64,000 bases of DNA from Thermoanaerobaculia bacterium (GTDB lineage: Bacteria > Acidobacteriota > Thermoanaerobaculia > Multivoradales > JAIOJS01). The notes beneath the pieces were generated by a model that did not search any database, had not been told where the DNA came from, and was given only the letters and a program-made list of their open reading frames with translations. Numbering within the stretch: the stretch's first letter is position 1; each line of letters begins with the position of its first letter. A program made the translations under genes and the position numbers. Below are positions 22,801 to 29,535 of this stretch, piece after piece. The stretch is taken from positions 2,184,202 through 2,248,201 of the forward strand of contig CAWINM010000001.1 in assembly GCA_963837455.1 (NCBI GenBank). Direction: 5' to 3'.

Positions 22801-22902
22801 GGCGAGGTGGGTGGCCGGCAGCCCGGCGGCACGGGCTTCGAGGCGGGTCCGCCCTCGTCGACTTGCCGACTCGCGCCTGCCGCGCTGCCTCCCGTGTTTC
22901 AT
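19900..22902 (-). CDS. SNF2-family helicase with an N-terminal SWIM zinc finger and a roughly 540-aa uncharacterised N-terminal region
   Basis: SWIM motif [13 protein letters not shown], helicase motif I [19 protein letters not shown], and C-terminal helicase motifs (…[40 protein letters not shown]…). The likely start is the Met at about 22902. Confidence 0.85.
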   Translation of the reverse strand: [1000 protein letters not shown]

Positions 22903-22946
22903 GCTTGCGCCTACATCGTGAGCAACGAGGTTGGGAGCCGCCGCGC

Positions 22947-23289
22947 TCACTTGAGCCCGGAGCGCAGAAGTCTGACCGTGCCCTCTACGACCTCATGGTG
23001 AGCGCCTGGCGTGAGCGCTCCAGCCCGGCGAACCACGATGGACTCGCTCGCGGTGAAGCGTTTGCCGGGCCGAGCGGAAGCTCTCGCGATCGAGGCTACC
23101 GCTGGCAAAGGCGCCCTTCGACAAGGGGATGGCGGCCGCATCGCCGTAAGGGTTGCTGGTCACCTGACACAGCACCCAGTCGACTCCTCCGGCGTGAGCC
23201 AGCACCACTGCCGGCCTGAGCTTCGAAGAGGAGAGGTCCGAGAACGGGAGCCGGACGAGAACGACTAGCCCTGGCTCAGGTGCGACCAC
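22947..23289 (-). pseudogene. mazF: MazF/PemK-family toxin with an apparent frameshift in its C-terminal third
   Basis: N-terminus MVAPEPGLVVLVRLPFSDLSSSKLRPAVVL…VLCQVTSNP…AIPL in one frame. The conserved C-terminus …RPGKRFTASESIVVRRAGALTPGAHHEVVEGTVRLL is in the adjacent frame (ORF 22947-23141). The junction lies at about 23070-23095. Confidence 0.6.
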
Positions 23290-23471
23290 GCCGCCTCTTC
23301 CTCGGGGCGGTCCCAGTCGGCCGAGAGGGCCGCCTCGCTGAGCAACGCCGTCTCGGTTCCCTCGGCCTCCAGGACCGTGATGAGAACACGAGAACCCGGC
23401 GGCAACGTGACGGGCTCCTTGGGGCGAATGTTGCCCTTCTCATCAACCTCGGCTTCGATGGTCGTGAACAC
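23265..23471 (-). CDS. putative antitoxin (AF2212/DUF104-like fold), GTG start, overlapping the toxin start by 25 nt
   Basis: MFTTIEAEVDEKGNIRPKEPVTLPPGSRVLITVLEAE… followed by …LSADWDRPEEEAAWSHL. The 229-aa ORF extending upstream of it is artefact. Confidence 0.5.
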   Translation of the reverse strand: MFTTIEAEVDEKGNIRPKEPVTLPPGSRVLITVLEAEGTETALLSEAALSADWDRPEEEAAWSHLSQG

Positions 23472-23613
23472 GGTTGTCAGCTTACCAGTGACGGCCCGGC
23501 GCCGCCTACCTGGCCGACGCTCCGACGCCGGCGCGGCAGCCACCGGCGGAGCGAGGCCTGAGGCCCTGGTTCGCGACGGGATGCGGCTCGCTCGCGACCG
23601 AGGAAACTGTGAG

Positions 23614-23790
23614 TGCGCCAAGCAAGGCCTGGGGAAGGAGCAACGGGATGTTGGCGCAAGTCGACAGAACCGGCAACTCAAGTCGACAGAGCCGGCAACT
23701 TTCCAGATGGGACCCGGCGGGTGGAGATCCCGCTGGCAAAGGTTGGCCACCAACCGGCAGAGGGGGCCGCGTCTGCGGGCGCTCTCGCCC
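23614..23790 (+). mobile_element. 5' fragment of a group II intron (second, partial copy)
   Basis: Begins GTGCGCC… and is about 85-90% identical over roughly 150 nt to the 5' end of the intron at 36764 (minus strand). This includes the 12 nt immediately upstream (GAAACTGTGAGT). It contains an internal tandem duplication of about 21 nt. No domain V was found downstream. Confidence 0.5.
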
Positions 23791-24260
23791 CCGCAACGCC
23801 GGAGTATCGGCTCTGCAGGGTGCGCGGTGCGCAAAGTTCGACATTCGACTCCCCAAGGGGACCGCCGTAGGTGGAACGCTCCGGTGCTGGGTGCGGCGTG
23901 GGGAGTCGGATTCCCGGATCGAGCTGCGTACCCCGCAAGAACCTTGGTGGTCATCAGCCTGACCGGGCTGTTCTTCCCGCACTACCCGAGCCTCGTGTTC
24001 AACTCGCTGCTGCCGGTGCTGCTCGGAGAGCTCTGGACGATGGGCTGACTGCTGATCAAGGGCACCAAGGACCCGAGCGCACGAGTGGCGAGCGGGCGGC
24101 GGCGCTCGTCAGGGATGCCGGGGTGCCGTCGTAGGGAGCTCCCTCGCACTCGCGCGTTCCTGGCTCGCGATCCCGGCCCCGCCCGTCTCTCGGTGCCAGC
24201 CAGGTCGGCCGGAAGGGCTCACCTCGGAGAAGGCGGCCCTTCGCTCGAGACGGGAAGCAG

Positions 24261-25082
24261 CTACTGCCCTTCGCCGAGGGCCGCTTCGATCTCGCCAAAG
24301 GGCACGGCTTCGGCGAACGCCGAGAACGTGCCCCGCTCGGCGATCTCCCGCGCGGCGCGGAGGAAGGCACCCCAGGCCGCGCGCGCCAGGGTTCCGCCGA
24401 CGCTGATGCGGCGGACACCCAGCGCCGCGAGCTCGCCGACAGTCGTGTAGGGGGCGCCCACCAGTACGTTCACCGGCTTGGGAGCCACGGCCGTGACGAT
24501 CACCTCGATGGCGGACAGGTCCTCGATGCGGGGGGCATAAAGGCAATCGGCGCCCGCGGCCGCGTACGCGGTGAGGCGGCGGATGGTCTCCGGGAGGTCC
24601 GGTCGTCCCACCAGGAACCCCTCGGAGCGCGCCGTCAGCAGGACGCCGGTGCCGCTGTCATCGATCGCCTTGCGGGCGGCGCGGATGCGCTCGACCGCGA
24701 GATCGAAGCCGTAGAGCGGCTCCGCGGCGTCGCCACTCGAGTCCTCGATCGACAGGCCGGCGACGCCGGTCACGGCGGCCCGCCGCACGTTCTCCGCGAC
24801 GCCCTCGGGCGCGGCGGCGAAGCCATTGGTGAAGTCGGCGTTCAGTGGCACGTCCACGGCCTGCGCCAGGGTCCTCAGGTGCGCCAGCGTCTCCTCGAGA
24901 GAGGAGCCGTTGTCGGGCCGCCCCAGGGACCACGCGAGCCCCGCGCTCGTCGTCGCCAGCGCCGGAAAGCCGAGCTGCGCCAGCAGCCGGGCGCTGCCGA
25001 CGTCCCACGGATTCGGCATCACGAAGCATCCCGCCTCGTGGAGGTGGCGGAAGGCGCGTACCACCGGGGTTGGAGTGGCCAT
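24261..25082 (-). CDS. isocitrate lyase / PEP mutase-family enzyme (methylisocitrate lyase / carboxyvinyl-carboxyphosphonate phosphorylmutase-like)
   Basis: ATG at 25082. MATPTPVVRAFRHLHEAGCFVMPNPWDVGSARLLAQLGF…SIEDS… matches the ICL/PEPM family. Confidence 0.8.
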   Translation of the reverse strand: MATPTPVVRAFRHLHEAGCFVMPNPWDVGSARLLAQLGFPALATTSAGLAWSLGRPDNGSSLEETLAHLRTLAQAVDVPLNADFTNGFAAAPEGVAENVRRAAVTGVAGLSIEDSSGDAAEPLYGFDLAVERIRAARKAIDDSGTGVLLTARSEGFLVGRPDLPETIRRLTAYAAAGADCLYAPRIEDLSAIEVIVTAVAPKPVNVLVGAPYTTVGELAALGVRRISVGGTLARAAWGAFLRAAREIAERGTFSAFAEAVPFGEIEAALGEGQ

Positions 25083-25289
25083 TCGTGTCAACGAAAATCC
25101 GACTCTATCCACGAACGCAAGCGCTGTCGCGCTTCCTCGGGCAGCGCGATGTCGTCGAGCTTCTCGAGCAGCCGGAGCGTCGGGAAACTGCCCAAGGATC
25201 GCCTGGCTGCCGAGGACCACGACCTCCTGGTCGTCGGCGATCTGCGCGCTCGCCCGGATCAGGTGCTCGAGGTCCTGGCGGCGCACCGC

Positions 25290-25607
25290 TCAGCACCGCA
25301 TGCCGCAGCGGCGCAGGATCTCCCACCGCTCGCGGGGCTCGAGAATACCGGCGAAGGGCGAGACCTGCCGCAGCTCGCTTGCGTGCTCGCCGGGATCGCA
25401 AAGCAGGGCCAGCAGGTCCGGGACGGGCGTGGCCAAGGCATCTCGCCAGGCCAGCGCGTAGCGCTCCCCGACCGAGCCGTCGCGGAGCCAGCCGTCGACG
25501 CGCTGGCGCGCCTCCTCGAGGCGCTCCGGCTGCTGTCGCAGCTTCTCAGCCACGGCACGGTGGAGAGCCAGGCTGCGCTGTTCGACCTCGAGGCGGGTGG
25601 CGGCCAC
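25290..25607 (-). CDS. hypothetical protein (105 aa) ending at a TGA that sits in-frame with about 68 further codons of open frame
   Basis: …RERWEILRRCGMRC*AVRRQDLEHLIRASAQIADDQEVVVLGSQAILGQFPD… runs in a single frame up to the Met of the ICL-family gene. Confidence 0.4.
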   Translation of the reverse strand: MAATRLEVEQRSLALHRAVAEKLRQQPERLEEARQRVDGWLRDGSVGERYALAWRDALATPVPDLLALLCDPGEHASELRQVSPFAGILEPRERWEILRRCGMRC

Positions 25608-25711
25608 GCCGCGATCTTAGCGCCTGAGGGAAAGCTGCCGTCTCGTCCTTGCGCGCGATGAAGCCGTCGAGGCTCGCGGCCATCGTCGTTCCCGGGCGCC
25701 GCCGCGCGACC

Positions 25712-26146
25712 TCAGCGGACGCCCGATCCAGGGTTCGCCGACCCGATCGAGCCGAGCGCCGCGACCACCAGCTGCGTGTCGAGGTACTCGATGACTTCGA
25801 CGATCGCGCCGTCCCGCAGGCGGTAGAGGAAGCAGTACTGGTTGTCGTAGCGGCGGCCGTCGATCGTCGTGGCGGAGCCGTTGGCGGCCACCACGACGTG
25901 CTCCCCGTCGGCGAGGACGAGCGTGGCCTCGGCCCGGTAGCGAGTTGCCAGGCGGGAGCCGAGCTCGCGGAGCAGCGCGAGGACCGCGGCCTTGCCGCTG
26001 TAAGTGCGCGACCAGGGCGTCGTCCCCTTGACCGTCCAGGTGACGTCGTCGGCGAGCGCCTCGAGCAGCGGTCGCGAGCTCCCACTGGAGAGCTCCGCGA
26101 AGATGTCTTGCAGGAGAGCCTTGTTGCGATCGGCGGTGTCGCTCAT
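25712..26146 (-). CDS. SnoaL / NTF2-like fold protein
   Basis: 144 aa with the usual SnoaL-like pattern (…NKALLQDIFAELSSG…DDVTWTV…YCFLYRLRDGAIVEVIEYLD…). Confidence 0.65.
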   Translation of the reverse strand: MSDTADRNKALLQDIFAELSSGSSRPLLEALADDVTWTVKGTTPWSRTYSGKAAVLALLRELGSRLATRYRAEATLVLADGEHVVVAANGSATTIDGRRYDNQYCFLYRLRDGAIVEVIEYLDTQLVVAALGSIGSANPGSGVR

Positions 26147-26535
26147 CGTCGTCTCGTCCCCGGTGGAGGTCCCTGTCGCCGCCTGCGCCGCCCGGCGGCG
26201 TGCGGGCTCCCCGCCGTCGGCGGCAGGGTGGGGCTGGGCGGACGCTCGGCGAATCCCCGGTCGATCAACGCCTTGGCAACCTCGCGGCGCAGCACGAAGC
26301 GGGCGTGTCCCACCGGCGACCGTGTCGTATCCGCAGCCCAGTTGATCAGCACGTTTACCCAGAAGCCGCGCGGCGGCGCGAAGACCCCGAGCTCCGCGGC
26401 GATCCTATGGGCAAGGGCGCCGTACTGGAAGTTGGCCGTCCTCCAGCTGCCATAGCCGACCGTCTCGGCCAGCTCCGCCGAGCTGGCGCTGTGACGGGGA
26501 GCCCAAAGGTGCGCGCACAGGAGACTCTCGCTCAT
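26143..26535 (-). CDS. hypothetical protein, probably co-transcribed with the NTF2-like gene (4-nt overlap)
   Basis: 130-aa ORF with a protein-like core (…GFWVNVLINWAADTTRSPVGHARFVLRREVAKALIDRGF…) and an R/P-rich tail. Confidence 0.4.
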   Translation of the reverse strand: MSESLLCAHLWAPRHSASSAELAETVGYGSWRTANFQYGALAHRIAAELGVFAPPRGFWVNVLINWAADTTRSPVGHARFVLRREVAKALIDRGFAERPPSPTLPPTAGSPHAAGRRRRRQGPPPGTRRR

Positions 26536-26689
26536 CTTCGCCTCGGTTCGTGAGGGTGCGAGATTCCGGGGGCGGCCGACGCCTCGTCCTTTGCGGGCGT
26601 CAGAGCCCCTGCAGCCACGTGCTGATCGGGCACTTTCATCTCGGGTAGGACCCGCCGCCGAATCCGACGCAGCCGCCAGTCCCCTACGT

Positions 26690-27596
26690 GCACCTGAACA
26701 ACCACCCGCCGTCGAGCCCCAAGTACGACGAGCTGTGGAGCATCGTCGGGTACGCCCAGAGCTCCGGTGTCAGGGGTCATGGCGTCGCTGGGAGGAGCCG
26801 ACGTCGGCGACTACCGCAACCTGTTCGGGGCCTACGACACGTTCCATCCGTTGCTCACGGGAACGCTGCGGCACTACGCCCTCGACGGCATCGACCTCGA
26901 CATCGAGGAGGCGTCGGTGACCACCGCGGCGGTCGAGCGTCTGCTGGACGATCTGCGCGCCGACTCCTCGGAGACCTTCGCCGTCACCGCCGCGCCGGTG
27001 GGCTCGGCGCTGGTGGGCGATCCACCTGGCTGGTCGAAGGTGGACTATCAGAGGTTGCTGCCCCAGTTCGACTCGTACAACGTCCAGTTCTACAACGGTG
27101 AAGGCGACATCGTGCACGGTGGGAAGGACCCTGGCGGAGGCCTTCGCAATGGCTGAGCCGTTCTAGTACTACCTGCAGCCGCAGGCCGGGCAGCCGCGTA
27201 GCCTGGTGCTCTCCAACGAGCCCGATGGCATCGCGCTGGCCAAGATCGACGCCTTCCGGCTGGCAACCCGTTGCCGCCTACCGCAACGGCCGTCACGAGG
27301 GGATCCTGCTGGTGAATCGGGAGACCGGGACGATCCTCAGCTCCAACGGCAACGGCAAGCGGGTCACGCTGGTGAACAACGCGGGACGCGGCACCAACGC
27401 ACTCTGGCGCCCGTCGACCACGATCCACGCCGGCGCCTACAACGCGATCCAGGTCGCGGCCAACGCCGACCTGAATCTGAACGTCAATGGGCGCGGTCCC
27501 TACACGGTCGGCTCGTGGGTCATCGTCTACAGCTGGTCCGGTGGAGCCGCGAACGAAGTCTGGAACTTCATCCCGACGTTCAACTCACCTGCCTGA
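26690..27596 (+). pseudogene. GH18 (chitinase-like) catalytic domain plus a C-terminal ricin/QxW-like lectin domain; N-terminally truncated and frameshifted
   Basis: GH18 motifs lie in two frames (…KYDELWSIVGYAQSSGV… then …MASLGGADVG…YALDGIDLDIEE…). The tail lies in two more frames (…LSNEPDGIALAKIDAFRLA…; …NALWRPS…EVWNFIPT…). Confidence 0.5.
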
Positions 27597-27926
27597 AGCG
27601 CGATCCGGCTGCCATGTCCGGGTCGGACGCTGCAAGCCCTGCTCTTGCGGCCTTCCTGGCGAGCGGGTCGACCAGCTCATCGCCGGCCCGCAGACCCCGG
27701 CGAGCTCGCCCCGGTGCCCGAGGCAGATGCGCGCTGGGCGCAGTGCCGGGACCTCGACATCCGGTGGCTGCGGACTCGGCGGCTGCTCCGTCGCGCCGCG
27801 GATCACGAGAGGACCAGCGGCTCGGAGGTGAGGGCCTCAGGGCCCTGGGCTACGTCTGCTGAGGGCGGCACGCCGCGCACCGTTCTCGGCCGCGCCAGCG
27901 GCCGCGGGGACACCGGAGACTAGCGG

Positions 27927-28490
27927 GTGTTAGCGGCGGTCAGGAAGCGCGTGCTACATAGAGCTCCACGTAACACGCGCTTCTCAACAGCCGCCCACAA
28001 CGACGGCCTCGCGGCGTTCATGAGCGTGCGTGCTCGTCTCTTCGGCATTGCCTACCGTATGCTGAGAAGCGCCGCGGAAGCCGAGGACGTGGTGCAAGAC
28101 GTCTGGGTACGCTGGCAGACGACGGATCGCAGCCTGGTGCGGGACGCCGCGGCATTCCTCGCGACGACGGCGACCCGACTGGCGATCAACGTCATGCAGT
28201 CGGCACGTTCACGCCGAGAAACGTCCGTCGAACGCTGGTTGCCGGAGCCGGTGGATGCCAGCGAGGATCCCGGTTCGGCAACGGAAGGACGGCAGTCCTT
28301 GGCGTGTGCAGTTCAGTCGCTGGTGGAAAGACTGACGCCCCCGGAGCGCGCCGCCTACATCCTTCCCAGCTTGCGCACCTTCCTGCGCTGGTTCGTCACA
28401 ACGCTTCCCCGCATCCGGTCAATGGCTCGTAGAAGCGATCGACTGCTCCAGGGCTCGCTAACTTCGGCTCAACGCGGAAAGGGACACTAG
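27927..28490 (+). CDS. ECF-type sigma factor (SigJ-like), copy C, shorter at the C-terminus than copy B
   Basis: About 90% identical to 18503-19225 through the sigma-2 and start of sigma-4 regions, then diverges. Confidence 0.7.
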   Translation: MLAAVRKRVLHRAPRNTRFSTAAHNDGLAAFMSVRARLFGIAYRMLRSAAEAEDVVQDVWVRWQTTDRSLVRDAAAFLATTATRLAINVMQSARSRRETSVERWLPEPVDASEDPGSATEGRQSLACAVQSLVERLTPPERAAYILPSLRTFLRWFVTTLPRIRSMARRSDRLLQGSLTSAQRGKGH

Positions 28491-28492
28491 TC

Positions 28493-29251
28493 ATGAAGCT
28501 CGTCATCATCGGCGGCACCGGCCTCATCGGATCCAAGCTCGTCACCAAGCTGAGGGAACACGGCCATGAGGCCGTGCCGGCCTCGCCAGACACGGGGGTC
28601 AACACCCTCACCGGCGAGGGCCTGGCGGACACCCTTCAGGGCGCATCGGTCGTCGTCGATGTCTCGAACTCTCCGTCGTTCGAGGAGTCGGCGGTGATGG
28701 CTTTCTTCACGACATCCACCCGCAACCTTCTGAAGTACGCGGTGGCAGCCGGTGTGAAGCACTACGTCGCGCTGTCGGTGGTGGGCACCGAGCGGATACA
28801 CGACAGTCCCTACCTGCGAGCGAAGAGCGCTCAAGAAGCTCTGATCAAGGACGCTGTGATCCCCTACTCGATCGTCCACGCAACGCAGTTCTTCGAGTTC
28901 GTCAAGCGCATCGCCGACGAAGCCACTGACGGAACGACGGTGCGGTTGCCGCCGGTGCTCATTCAGCCGATGGCGGCTGATGACGTTGCCAAGGCTGTCG
29001 GCAGAATCGCCGTGGGCGCGCCAGTGAATGGCACAGTCGAAGTGGCGGGTCCCCAACAGTTCCACTTCGATGAGCTGATCCGTCAAGGCCTCAGCGCGCG
29101 CAACGACCCCCGGACGGTCGTCGCCGACCCGCATGCGCGGTACTTCGGGGCGGAGCTCGCGGAGCGCTCGCTGATTCCCGCCGGCGAAGCGCGACTCGGC
29201 GAGATCCGCTTCCAGGAGTGGCTCGGCCAGCCCCTGGTCCAGCAGCGATGA
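28493..29251 (+). CDS. NmrA-like / SDR-family NAD(P)-binding oxidoreductase (intact paralog)
   Basis: MKLVIIGGTGLIGSKLV… It lies 2 nt after the sigma stop. Paralog of 9399-10217. Confidence 0.85.
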   Translation: MKLVIIGGTGLIGSKLVTKLREHGHEAVPASPDTGVNTLTGEGLADTLQGASVVVDVSNSPSFEESAVMAFFTTSTRNLLKYAVAAGVKHYVALSVVGTERIHDSPYLRAKSAQEALIKDAVIPYSIVHATQFFEFVKRIADEATDGTTVRLPPVLIQPMAADDVAKAVGRIAVGAPVNGTVEVAGPQQFHFDELIRQGLSARNDPRTVVADPHARYFGAELAERSLIPAGEARLGEIRFQEWLGQPLVQQR

Positions 29252-29535
29252 GCAAGGCACTCTCCCATCCTGGCTGACCACCTCCGACCGCGATGGCCGG
29301 TCTCGACGCACTGTTGCATGCCCATTGTCATGAGAGCCCAACGCCATACCCACCCTCGACTTGTTCACGGGCTCTGGTCAATGCCCTCCGGCATGGCGCC
29401 GCCGGGTGACGGTCCCATGCCGATCGTCTATGCCGACTCGGAACACACCGACTCCGGGGCGATCGCCAACGCATCCGACATGTGGGCGCATGTGGACCTA
29501 GGCACGTGGAAAGTCTGACCGGGACTACCCGTTCG

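Noticed and set aside
24050-24260. Possible domain V / 3' end of the second intron copy
   Set aside because: No GAGC…GTTC-type domain V hairpin is present, and the region instead abuts the ICL-family gene. The 23.6-kb copy is treated as a 5' fragment only.
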